A DNA stretch of 64,000 nt from Vicugna vicugna (taxonomy: Eukaryota): NCBI GenBank assembly GCA_013265495.1, contig MU061579.1, forward strand, positions 3,717,319 through 3,781,318, written 5' to 3'. Position numbers and translations under genes: made by a program. The first letter of the stretch is position 1. Every line of letters begins with the position of its first letter. Below are positions 12,870 to 24,964 of this stretch, one piece after another. A model generated the notes under the pieces. The model searched no databases, was not told where the DNA came from, and was given only the letters and a program-made list of their open reading frames with translations.

Positions 12870-13468
12870 AAAAAATATATATATATATGTATGCGTAGTC
12901 AGTTTACAATGTTGTGTCAGTTTCTGGTGTACAGCACAGTACTTCAGTCATATAGGAACATACATATAATTGTTTTCATATTCTTTTTCACTGTAACTTA
13001 CTATAAGATATTGAGTTCCCTGTGCTATACAGTATAAACTTGTTGTTTATTTTATATATATTAGTATCTGCAAATCTCAAACTCCCAACTTACCCCTTCC
13101 CACCTCCTTCCCCCTTTGATAAGCATAAGTTTGGTTTTTATGTCTATGAGTCTGTTTCTGTTTTGTAAATAAGTTTGTTTGTCTTTTTTCTTTTTATATT
13201 CCACATAAAAGTGATATCAAATGGTATTTTTCTTTCTCTTTCTGGCTTACTTCACTCAGAATGACATTCTCCAGGTCTATCCATGTTGCTGCAAATGGCA
13301 TTATTTTATTATTTTTTACAGCCGAGTAGTATTCCATTGTATAAATATACCACATCTTCTTTACCATGTCATCTGTTGATGGACATTTTGGTTGTTTCCA
13401 TGTCTTGGCTGTTATAAAAAGTCCTGCTATGAATATTGGGGTGCATGTGTCTTTTTGAATTGAGGTTC
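12870..13468 (-). mobile_element. 5'-truncated L1 3' end
   Basis: Reverse complement of L1 3'UTR and ORF2 tail (gtagtattccattgtataaatataccacatcttcttt; ggacattttggttgtttccatgtcttggct), homologous to ~9900-10450. Confidence 0.93.
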
Positions 13469-13506
13469 TAGATTTTTTTTAATAACTATTCTCCTATAGC
13501 GGTATG

Positions 13507-13740
13507 TTTTATTTTTATTTTTTAAAAATTTTGTTTCTTACTGACATCTAGTTGGTTTATAAAGTTAGTTTCAGGTACACAGCAAAGCGATTCAGTTATA
13601 CATATGCATGCATATTTATATTTTTGAAGATTCTTTTCCATTATATGTTATTGCAAGAAATTGAATACAGTTCCTATGCTATACAGTAGGTCCTTGTTGC
13701 TTATCTCTTTTATATATAGTAATGGGTATCTGTTAATCTC
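13507..13740 (-). mobile_element. Older L1 3'UTR fragment
   Basis: T-rich tail then gttagtttcaggtacacagcaaagcgattcagttatacat...tgctatacagtaggtccttgttg; same type as 34808-34989. Confidence 0.85.
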
Positions 13741-13954
13741 AGATTGGACAACTCATGTGCCCTTTTTAAAGAGGATATAGACCCTATGTAATAGACCCTG
13801 AGTAACACTTCACCTTATTTTATTTTATGAATAATGAAGAAGTTGATCATATTGTACAAGCTTTCGTCAGTAACACTATACCTTTCCTACTACTGATTCT
13901 GATTTTAAAAATTCTAAATTTGAACATCATAATTATGAATAATGACCTTATCTT

Positions 13955-14270
13955 CTTTGTTTCTTTTTTTTTTAATTGAAGTATAGTAAATTTACAATGT
14001 GTCAATTTCTGGTGTACAGCATAATGTTTTCATATTATTTTCATTATAGATTACTACATGATATTGAATATAGTTCCCTGTGCTATACAGAATATACTTG
14101 TTGTTTATCTATTTCATATATAGTAGTTAATATTTGCAAATCTTAAACTGCCAATTTAGCCCTTCCTACACCTTTTCCCCCCAGTAACCATAAGTTTGTT
14201 TACTATTGCTGTGAATCTGTTTCTGTTTTGTAGATAAGTTCATTAGTGTCTTCCTTTTTCTTTTTTTAGG
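13955..14270 (-). mobile_element. 5'-truncated L1 3'UTR
   Basis: Poly-T then aattgaagtatagtaaatttacaatgtgtcaatttctggtgtacagc...gttccctgtgctatacag. Confidence 0.9.
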
Positions 14271-15149
14271 TTATGCACGAGTGTTTCAGTATCCTGTTTT
14301 CAATTCTAAGTTCCATTTTTCACTATAAAAGTAACAAAATTGGAGAAAATAAAAAATAAAGTAATTTATGAATAAAGACACTTAATTCTATGACTTAATA
14401 GAACATTTGTTAGAAACATAATTCTAGCTGTTTTCTATGCATTTGTATCTATATATGTGAATGTGTATCACATTCATTTTATGATACATGTATTTTTCAC
14501 CCTATGATTTACTAAATAATTATGTTATGAATTATTAGTGTAATGAGTTACCCAGCTGAGTGATTTTTAAAATTTGTTAACATCTAGTCATTCACTCATT
14601 TTTAAAATCGACAATGTGAATATCTGGAGATTGTGGGAGTTCTACAATTTTTGGAATAGATGTCGATTGCTGTGAAAAGCTCCCTTGCTTTGGAAAAGAT
14701 AGCAGGATAAGCTGTGTCCTGTAAGTTTTATAAAAGAAAATGTAAAATCAGACTATTTTTTAAAGAATAAAATAAAGTCATTCTAAATCTAAATGTAAAA
14801 TTTTCAAACTGAGATGTTGTGTTCCATTAAATAATGTAAATTGGGTTGATTTTTAGATTGCATACCTAAAGAATTAATGTAGTCACTTAGAATTTTTAAA
14901 CCACCTCAGATTGTGACTAGACTGCTAAGTGTCAATTGTCCATCACAGATATTATTTAAATTGAAACACTCCAGCATTTGAGAATGTTTTATAATGATTA
15001 GGTGGGGCTGAGGATAGCCTGTGAAATAATATCACGTGTGTGTCAATCATTTTTGGATGGGAATCAGTCTGTCTCAGCTTGAATTTTTCACAGTGGGGAG
15101 GTTATCTGTTTTTTGTTTGTTGTTTTGTTTTGTCTTGTTTGGCAAACAG

Positions 15150-15255
15150 GTCCTCAGTCACAAAGTTGAGCCTCTCCTTTGCTATGTGGCAGTATTCTAA
15201 GGCCTGAGGACTCTCACATTATGTTTAGGAATTGTGAATCAGTCGCCCCTGGCAG
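15150..15255 (+). other. Candidate 106-nt non-coding exon
   Basis: Long T-rich tract then aaacag|G acceptor; perfect CAG|GTAAGT donor; stops in all three frames. Confidence 0.4.
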
Positions 15256-16439
15256 GTAAGTATTTTTCAGTAGAGGCTTATTAAACTGAAGTTTTGGTAA
15301 GACTTGGAGGGTTTTGGGGAACTGAAACAGTACTATATTTAGACATGATGGGAATAAGTATGAGAAAGCATTCTAAAGAATTCTGGTGCCTCGGGTCAGC
15401 CAAGGATAGTGGCATGGAGATTGAGCAGAGGCAGCAAGTGACGACCTCTGTGACTAATTTTTTAAACGTGTAAAAAATGAACCCCAGATTCAAAAATGTT
15501 CCACAAAATCCTGATGTTATTTTAACATCTTGACAGATTCACTGTGCACTGGTAAGCAAGAACAAACCCATTTTTCATTTTACATCTCTATCTTCTGAGA
15601 TACTTTTTGTAAAATAGAATTTACTTTACATAAATTTGTATTGTAGACAACTTTTCTATATTTAGTAATTTGAAACAAAACTATACTCATATACCTGGGT
15701 TATTATACTCTATCGAGCACCAAGATAATTTGTGAATTTTCGTCAAAAATTCATAATACTACAAAGTATTATGGCTATAGAATCTTTAGAATAATATGCT
15801 TTTATAAGAATAGTTAAGTAATGACATTAGTTACTATTCCTATTTTTAACAATTATTGTTTAAAAGATGTTTTTTAGCAAATACTCAATTTTAACTGAGT
15901 AGAGCAGTTGTCCAAATATTTGAATAAATATTTGAATCTTCCTTTAGATATTTAAAATCACATCTATACCACCTTTCTTGCTTGTTAATAAATATACTCT
16001 CCTAAAGGTAAGATATTCAAAATTTATCCCTTCTATAATTTAATCCTTTCTTTAATTTCAACAAATTTGATAGCACGTTTACCATGTGTTTAGCGCTGGC
16101 TACAACACAAACAAAATATGGAGCAATGCCTTCCCTCCAGAAAAGGTGGATGTTCAAAGCTCTAAACACAAAGTTTACACAGTTAAAGAGGATTGCTAGT
16201 AATTATTTGACTGATCATCATCTGATATTTACAAAGCCAAAATTTTTCATTGAGAATCCCTGATTACTTTTTTGAGGCTCAAATTATATTTAGTTCTGCA
16301 TTATTATCTTTAAAAGCTCTTCCCCCCAGAAAGGTGAACTACAATCAGATCTGTAGTCTTTTCAAATCCTTTTAAATGGAAGCCTCTCCTTCCTTCCTGT
16401 AACATCTCCGGAGTATCTGAAAAAAAAATGGGTCTCCTG

Positions 16440-16917
16440 CGATGGGGTTCAGGACATGCTAACCAAAATTTGGCACCCTGGCATTTGAATATTTTAGGCT
16501 GAAGGAATCTGGGAAAAAGCAGGTGCTGGAAGGATTCTCTGATCTTCCTCTGAAGCAGGTCATAAGACCTTCATATGAGGAGATGCCTTTTCTACAACTG
16601 AAGAAAAAGTATCGCCAAATGTGGAGGAACTTGGAGGGGAATCTGAACAAACCAGACTTGCTAAGTTTCCCTCGGTTTTCACACCTAGCTTATTCTTTTG
16701 TTCTATCATATTTTCCCATGACTTTCTATTCTTCATGCAACCTAGTATAAATACGCTCAGGTTTAACCATCTCTTCATCTTCATTTCCATATATAGGCTT
16801 GTATGTCATGGAAGATACAATGTCAATAAACTGTCTCTTGTTAATTTGTCTTTGCTACAGAGATCCAGCCTAACACCTAGAAAGACAGAAAGACAAAGAT
16901 ATTTTTCCTCCTCTACC
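16440..16917 (+). mobile_element. ERV1-class solo LTR (MER34-like)
   Basis: Start ggggttcaggacatgctaaccaaaatttggcaccctggcatttgaatattttaggctgaagg; TATAAA 16746-16751; AATAAA 16825-16830; end ttttcctcctctac. Confidence 0.75.
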
Positions 16918-17399
16918 CCCATGTACATCTCACTCCAACACTGTAGAACTTAATAGCTTCTGTTCCTTTGAAACTCATCCAAAAGCACATGCTCGGTTTC
17001 TTCTAAGCCTTTTGGAACTAGCTCAGAGAAATAATAAAAACTTTTTCAGCTACTGTTTGTGTGCTGAAAAAATGTGTTAATGTCATCTTAGACATTATAT
17101 TGCATCATTTGTTAAAAAAAGAAGGAAAGTCACGTCTCCACTTTTGAAGATGAGCACTGACAAATTTTTGGCTGTTTGCCAAATATCGCATAGGAAATAA
17201 TGAAAGAGTCAAAATTTGGTTCTAATTCTGTCTGATTGGAGCGCCTGTACTGTTAAAAATTGTTCTCTTCTGTACCTTTCCTCAGTCCTTTGACATCATT
17301 AAAAAACTAGCATCTACAACACAGCTTTCAAACACCAAAAATGGGTTTTCTGGTTGAGAAACAGATTGCTGTAATATCAAGGTCTCCTTTTCATGTGTC

Positions 17400-18300
17400 C
17401 TTCCTGGTAGTGGTCCCAACCAGTGCCTCTTTTCTGAAGTGGCTCTTTTATAAACTCACAAAACTAGCTGGCACCAGCTTACTGCCTCCCGGACGCTCAC
17501 ACTCACTGAACGAGATATCTGGGTAGCAGTATTCTATTTCCATTTCCATGCTGTTTACTTGGGGATGGGGTTGGGGGGGGCAGCAGCCTAGTAGCTCAGC
17601 CACCTGATCACTGCCCCATTCCTTTCAGAGCACACTCCTGCTCAGGAGTGGTTTTCACTGCTGTGTTTGGTACATTTAGTCCTTTTCCTACTATAAGTTT
17701 CTCCTACCTGTCCTTAGGTTCTGATCAGCCTGGGACAAAACAATCAAGGACAGCCAAAATTCTTTGGTAGTTCCAATTACTGCTGTCATCATTTCTCAGC
17801 CACCACTCAAGTCTCCTCCGGTGTGAAGGAGTGAAATTCTTGCTTTATGGGTATTGGGAGAGTGGGAACCTGATAACCTAAACAATGACGCACTTTCCCT
17901 TTGCTCTGAAATTCCATTTTCCCTCCTTCCCTGAATTGCATTGACTTAAAGAGTTCATATCCTTTGTATTTTTTTAAAGAAAATATTAAAAATCAACAGT
18001 GTCCCCCCGAACTATGCAAACCCATGTCCTCACGTCATCTATTTCATGAGTGTGGTTGACCGTCAGACAGTAATTTATTACATTTGGAAGAATAAAATTT
18101 TCAGTCGCATCTATTTCATGGATTTGTTATTTTACTGGAAGGACGCTAGGTTCCAAAGCTATGATGCAGGCTTGCCTCACACTGTCTTGCAAATGCCAAA
18201 ATTAAAAACTTGGCACTCCGGGGAACAAGAGAATAGCAGTGAGATCAAGCACAACAGCAGGAAAATCCCTGTTTCTGAGCTGACTTTCTGATTTGCTCTC
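17400..18300. promoter_or_regulatory. Candidate promoter/regulatory block in unique sequence
   Basis: No recognisable repeat, about ten retained CpGs, TATAAA readable on both strands (17445-17454), CRE-like tgacgca 17886-17892 and cacgtca 18031-18037, TGTTTAC 17552-17558, G-tracts 17561-17580. Confidence 0.35.
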
Positions 18301-18894
18301 CAAATCCCCAACTGTCCATCAGCTAAAATCTCAGGAGCTCTATTTTCACACTGTCAGAAAATAATTTAAAATATTCTCTGCCAGCATGGACATGGTGCTT
18401 TCACTCTTCTAAGCCTACAATTTACATCTTTTAAGATTAAAATACATGACCGATTACAGCAGGGGAAGTAATGTGAATGTCATAGAATTCTGCAAACTGC
18501 CGCTCTGAGACTGGAAGACTGACTAGAAGGTTCAGTCGCTATTCATTTGATCTTAAGATTTTGCTCCATCAGCAATCTTGTGTTTAGGGGACAGGACACT
18601 CAGTCTGCTGCTGGCCAGCATATTGACTGCATAAGCTGTGATTTGTTATCTGAGTAAAGAAATATTTTGGAATCACAGTTGAACTTGGCTATTTAGCAGG
18701 TTTGTTGAGAAGCAAATTCAATATATTAGAAGATTTACTCCATCCTTCTACTGATAAAATGTACCCAAACCATAATTATGCAATGTTATTTTGGGAGGGG
18801 GGGGAGGACTTCTGGGAGTTTACACCTCTCCATATTCCTGGTTGCCATTTTTTTAGTTTTTAGCCAAATCACACACCATTCATTGATAAAAGTT

Positions 18895-19400
18895 GGGAAA
18901 ATCATAGAGTTTCATGGCTTAAAGGCTCTTATGACCATCATCGACTTATTTCCTAAAGAAGACAACTAAGGTATAGGAAGACACAGCTGGCTAGGAGAGG
19001 GCTGGAACTGCATCGGATTTTCTCACTCCAGGTTGGTCATTCATCAGCAACTGGGGGCAGCAGGTAATAGTTGAGAACTGAATAGCTCTTCCGGTGCTGT
19101 TTCATTCAATATGTTATCAATTCCACAGTTTGAAGTTTAGCAGCTATCTCTGCAATGATGAAATATTTCCGTTTAAAAAAAAAAACAAGCGATCTAATAG
19201 TTGCACTTCATCATGGAGAGGTACCTAAGCAGTGTGTGTATTATTTGGTTGCTCTGCCTCCATTTTCTCATCTCTCAGTTGTGATGAGGGGAGTATTCAC
19301 CCCACAGGGTTGCCTGAAGGAAGATTTGAGTGAAGAAGTGTAAAATGCCGGGACAAAACCCAGGCACGTGTTAAGTGCTTTGTATTCGTGTTTGTTAGCA
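18895..19400. mobile_element. Two MIR-type fragments (~18895-19030, ~19255-19400)
   Basis: aatcatagagttt...gaccatcatc and ctgcctccattttctcatct...cacagggttg...gtaaaatgcc. Confidence 0.5.
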
Positions 19401-20524
19401 TCAGAGACTTCCTGTTGTAGAAGAAAAGTTAAAGCTTAACCAGTTGAAACATGATTTTACTATTGAAAACAAAAACCAAGTGAATTTTCTAAGACAGCTA
19501 GTGTTTCAGTTGAGAAGCAACATGTCTTAAAGTGCAGTTAACCCTTTAGGTCGTGGCTTGTGTAACACAAAGTAGCTTCAGCTGGGAGTCACTTGAAAGA
19601 CTGAGGCAGAAAAATGAAACAGAGAGGCGCCTGCATGACTTCCATGCCCACCTGTGTGTAACTGAATCTATACTTCCGGGTCCTAACATTTTACATAAGA
19701 TTAATTTTAATTGTCTTCTTTTGGGGAGGGAGGATAGTGCAAGAAAATATGGGGAAAAATTCTCATTAAATTCATTGAATTATGTATTGCAGATATTTTT
19801 TCATGGAATATTGGCATCCTGAAAGTAATACTTAAGTAACTTCCCAGCATGGCATGATCTATGCCTGCACGTATCTTGCATAAGTTATTACCTTCTACCA
19901 AGGAAGGAAAATGAGAATTGTTTAAAATGGGATATGCTTGATAGTGAATCAAATTTCCCTAGTATGTAAATTATTTCCTGGGAGTGAATAAGGCACATTG
20001 GGAGCAATTTAATAAATGATACCCTGGAGGTCTGAACGGATTAATGAACCTGATTATCCTTCCCCTGCAAAAGGAGAAAACTGTCACTCTGCAGTTAGCC
20101 TAAAACGAGCTCTCCATAGTGTCACTTCAAGGTATTTTGTGGGGAGACAGGGGATAAATATAGGTGGCCCATTTAATACTTGGGGGGATAGAACTACTTT
20201 ACATGATTACTTTCTTTCTCAGGATGGTGCCATTAGCAAAGGAGCACTGGGGCAGAGAGTGAACTGGTCTGGTAAAAAACCACATCTACTCCAGCGCCAT
20301 GGAGCCTGGGCCAAGGTGAATGCCACAGTCTCTCTCCTAAATCCTGATGCTTGAGGCTGCACCTCGTCTCCTCTGTGGAGCTTCATAGCTATTTCCTCAT
20401 AAAGCACTTCTGTGAAATGGGCTTAGTGCTCTTTACCCAGCCACAACGAAGACAAGGCATATGTAGGTATCAGTAAGAAAACAAAGTCTTCTATCTTTTT
20501 GTTAAAAATAACTTATGAGATTGA

Positions 20525-21450
20525 TACTGATGTGTGACAAATTACCACAAACATAGAAGCTGAAAACAACAAAAATGTATAATCTCGTTGTCTTAGTCAA
20601 TCCAGGGTGCTATAACAAAAATACCATAAAAGGAGTGACAAACAATAGAAACTTAATTCTCATAGTTTTGGATGCTGGGAAATCCAAGGCCAAGGTGCTG
20701 GCCAATTTGGTTCCTGGTGAGAACCCTCATTTGCAGATGGGTGGATACCTTCTTGCTGAATCCTCACATGGTGGAGAGAGAGCGATCTTCAGTTTCTTCT
20801 CTCCATCGAGAGAACACTAATCCCATCACGGGGGCTACCTGCTCACAACCTCATCTAAACGTAATTACCTTCCAAAGGCCCTACCTCCTAATACCATCTC
20901 ATTTGAGGTTAGGGTTTCAACATATGGATTTTGAGGGGACACAAACACACAATCCATGACACTCATGGTTTCCATGGGTCAGGTGTCTGGGTATGGTTTT
21001 GCTAGGTCCTCTGCCCAACATCTCAAAGTCTCAAATCAACGTATCAGCTAGAACCACGATTTCACCTAAGAAGGCCCAGTTTCCTCTTCCAAGCACATTC
21101 AGGTTGTTGGCAAAATTTATTTCTTGAGATCATAGGACTGAGTTTTCTATTTTCTTGCTTGTTTTCATCAAAGCGTTTCTCAGCTACTAGAGTCCTAGCC
21201 ATATGATCTTCTCTCAACCTAGCACCTTACTTCATCAAAACTAGGAGTCCTTCATTTTAAGAGCTCACTGATTAGGTTCAGTGCACCCAGGATCAGTGGA
21301 TTACTGACCATAATTACATCCACAGAACCCCACGTGCCATGTAAAGTAACATAATCACAGGAATAGTATCTCATTGTATTTCCAGGACCTATGCACACGC
21401 AAGGGAGTAGAATTAAACAGAGAATTGGGGGTCATATTTGAATTCTGCTG
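20525..21450 (-). mobile_element. MLT1D/E-type MaLR LTR, split by a nested MLT1A
   Basis: gtgacaaattaccacaaac...aaaacaacaaaaatgtataatctc, resuming ctcatggtttccatgggtcagg...caggttgttggcaaaatttatttcttg. Confidence 0.75.
20589..20961 (-). mobile_element. MLT1A-type MaLR solo LTR
   Basis: TG...CA termini (tgtcttagtc / atccatgaca); 5-bp TSD ctcgt (20584-20588) / ctcat (20962-20966). Confidence 0.88.
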
Positions 21451-22429
21451 ATCAGAGAATATATACATACAAATGTATATGTGTATATATACAATTTTTT
21501 TCTCCTGTAGGACATGAATATGCAAACATACACAACACACATACAAACACACACAATATGGAAGGCATATATCAGAGTTTTGGGCCTACATAAAGAATCT
21601 TCCAGGCTGCCACTTAAATTCTTCCCCTTCCAAGATAGTTCAACATTGAAAAAACATAAATCAATACAAATATGCACCTATCCCCAAAAAGTCCAAAAAA
21701 GGGGAAAAAATGTGACTCATAAGCTACCCAATCTAAAAATTTAGAAGACAGTAGGAAAAGTATATCTACACCTAAACAATACAATGCAGACTACATCCAG
21801 TGCCATAGTAGGGAATGTAAAAATTATCTTGTAGTAAGAACAAGGACAAATTAATTACAAGGGAGTTGCAGAAGAAAGAGGAAAAGTTGGAGACCAGCAT
21901 GTCAAGGACAAATTGGACAGGAGCCAGGCTTTCAAAGTTGTGTAAGATTTCAACAGAAAGATTTAGAATGAAAATTTATAACATTTCAGATTATTCATCC
22001 AATTGATCATTGACTATTTAGCCAATATTATTGGGCACTGGAAATATATAAGGCACTATGTTACTGAGTGCTGAGTATATACCAGAAACACATGGCTGAG
22101 CAGGCCACATATATTAACTCATTTAATACTTAAAATGACCCTAAATGGGGAAGCATCATTATAAAGAAATAATTATGAGCCAAAAATGAGAAAGGGAATT
22201 GTAAAAGCTTCCTCAGTGATATGACTTGTGAGCTAAATTTTGAAGAAGGTATAGGAATTATTTAGCAAAAAAAATGAGGTAGAGAAATTATGTATATAAG
22301 TCACCCAAGCACCAGAGAGCAGGGTTCATTTGATAACTGCAAATTGTTCCATGGTGCTAGAACATGACTGTGGAGATAAGAAAGATAAGCAAATATGACA
22401 ATTTTATGTGATTAAGAAAAGGTATGTCC

Positions 22430-23340
22430 ATCAGGTAGATATATTGCCAAGAAATGCTCCTTCCCCTGCTGCCCCTAACCAGCGTATGGACTTATCAAGT
22501 GGAATGAAGGCTAAATTCCAGACCCGGTTTATAATGATGATCAGGATGCCCAGAAAAATCAGCTACAAGTTTATCCAAATCCATCTCCCCAGACCTTCTG
22601 ATTTGGGGTACAATGGAGATAAAGGACTTCAGAGATGGAGTTTAAGTGAACTAACTAGATTAACGGCTGATGCTATCTGATAAGAAACTTATGCAACAGG
22701 ATGCCAGCATTAATTCTACAGGGAGGTAGTATGAAAATATGTAATAAATATGGGGATCTGAGAGTAAGCAGGCCTCTGTCTTGCTCTTTCACAAGGTCCC
22801 ACGATGGATCAGACCCCTTGCCAAGAACGTTGAGCCACCTTAACACAGAAAAGTAGATTAGAAAGGGCAGTGCTTTCTGTGAGGCAGACTTATTGACCTG
22901 AATCCACTTTTCAGAGTCCTTGTAGACCCCACGTTAAATTTTCTGAGTTTAAGGGACATGGGCATGACCTTGAGAAACATCAAGGAATATAATGTAAAAG
23001 GAACCTTGCAGCCACGGGTAAAGTATATTAAAAGAAAATAAAAATCAAAGGGACTGGCAAGGCTGGTGATGTCAGCTTGGACAGATGACCAGGACTAAGT
23101 CTGAGATGTTGTCTCTCCTCCATGACATGAAGCAAACTCCTGGAATTTAGACTCAACCCTGGTGAAAAGACAGTTGAGGAATTCCAACCTTGAATTTATC
23201 AGAAAGTATTTTTTCATGGGAGAAATTAAAAAAACAAAATAAAATAGCAGAAAATAAACAATAATGGGATAGAATTACAATGAACTGACTAAATTCCCAC
23301 ATAAGTTCAAAGCTCTAAATAAAAACTGAATTTACGGCAC
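22430..23340 (+). mobile_element. Ancient LTR relic, possibly mammalian Gypsy-type (MamGypLTR/LTR85-88-like)
   Basis: Compositionally distinct insert within the L2; aatggagataaaggacttcagagatggagtttaagtg and gaactgactaaattccca...aataaaa resemble recalled Gypsy LTR relics. Confidence 0.3.
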
Positions 23341-23709
23341 AAAAAACTAAATGATGTAATTCTTACAGTCATGAGTTTGGTCACAGAAGATTTTAGGATA
23401 GATAAGAGAGTTCAGTGATAAAATATATTTTATTTTAATTACAGAATAATGGATTGAATGGTTTTAAGAAAAATGGTAAAATGATCAGATTTATAGTTTA
23501 AAAGGTGACTGGCTATAGTACCAATGATGTGCTGGAGGATATTTGGGTTGGAGACAAAAACTCTTATCAAGGCGTCAATGTTGATGCTTTGATTCAGATG
23601 ATTTAGAACAAGAGTTAAAATAAGCTAGTGTCAAATTATTTTATCTTCCTATAAAGAAAGAAACAATTTATTATGGGGAGAGAAAAAGAGGGATAATCAA
23701 GAATGCAGA

Positions 23710-24633
23710 GACTCAAAATGGATTAAAGACTTAAACATAAGACAAGATACAATAAACCTCCTAGAGGAAAACATAGGCAAAACATTATCTGACATACATT
23801 TCAAAAATTTTCTCCTAGAAGAAATAAAAGCAAGAATAAACAAATGGGACCTAATGAAACTTACAAGCTTCTGCAGAGCAAAGGAAACCAGAAATAAAAC
23901 AAGAAGAAAACCCATGGAATGGGAGAAAATTTTTGCAAGTGAAACCGACAAAGGCTTGATCTCCAGAATATTTAAGCAGCTCATACGACTCAATAAGAAA
24001 AAAATAAACAACCCAATCCAAAAATGGGCAGAAGACCTAAACAAGCAATTCTCCAAGGAAGACATACAAATGATCAAAAAGCACATGAAAAAATGCTCAA
24101 TATCACTAATTATCAGAGAAATGCAAATCAAAACTACAATGAGGTATCACCTCACACCAGTCAGAATGGCCGTCATTCAAAAATCCACAAATGACAAATG
24201 CTGGAGAGGCTGTGGAGAAAGGGGAACCCTCCTACACTGCTGGTGGGAATGCAGTTTGGTGCAGCCACTATGGAAAACAGTGTGGAGATTCCTCAAAAGA
24301 CTAGGAATAGACTTACCATATGACCCAGGAATCCCACTCCTGGGCTTGTATCCAGAAGGAAATCTACTTCAGGATGACACCTGCACCCCAATGTTCATAG
24401 CAGCACTATTTACAATAGCCAAAACATGGAAACAGCCTAAATGTCCATCAACAGGTGACTGGATAAAGAAGAGGTGGTATATTTATACAATGGAATACTA
24501 CTCAGCCATAAAAACCGACAACATAACGCCATTTGCAGCAACAAGGATGCTCCTAGAGAATGTCATTCTAAGTGAAGTAAGCCAGAAAGAGAAAGAAAAA
24601 TACCATATGAGATCGCTCATATGTGGAATCTAA
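23710..24633 (+). pseudogene. L1 ORF2p C-terminal 307 codons, uninterrupted (Cys-rich motif)
   Basis: Frame open from the insertion boundary ([11 protein letters not shown]...) through [19 protein letters not shown] to ICGI*; lacks EN, RT and promoter. Confidence 0.95.
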
Positions 24634-24964
24634 CAAACAAAAACAAAAACAAACAAAAAAACAAAAACAAAGCATAAATATAGGACAGAAATAGACTCAT
24701 GGACAGAGAATACAGACTTGTGGTTACCAGGCAGGTAGAGGGTGGGAAGGGATAGACTGGGATTTCAAAATTGTAGAATAAATAAACAAGATTACACTGT
24801 ATAGCACAGGGAAATATACACAAAATGTTATGATAAATCACAGAGAAAAAAATGTGACAATGAGTGTGTATATGTCCATGAATGACTGAAAATTTGTGCT
24901 GAACACTGGAATTTGACACAACATTGTAAAATGATTATAAATCAATAAAAAATGTTAAAAAAAA
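23710..24964 (+). mobile_element. Young 5'-truncated LINE-1 with perfect TSD
   Basis: TSD aagaatgcaga at 23699-23709 and 24965-24975; poly(A) remnant; 3'UTR homologous to 10145-10451. Confidence 0.98.

Noticed and set aside
12858..13476. TSD ctacattt / ctagattt for the 12870-13468 L1
   Set aside because: Short, mismatched and low complexity; not reliable.
15241..15256. CTCF-like word (cctgccaggggcgact on the minus strand)
   Set aside because: Departs from the core spacing; cannot be supported without a PWM scan or ChIP data.
15537..15557. 15-nt microexon (ttgacag|ATTCACTGTGCACTG|gtaagc)
   Set aside because: Weak pyrimidine tract; too short to distinguish from chance without conservation data.
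23697..24131. Hydrophobic minus-strand ORFs (also 7513-7842, 8569-8799, 9528-9752, 42293-42610)
   Set aside because: Antisense shadows of A-rich L1 ORF2.
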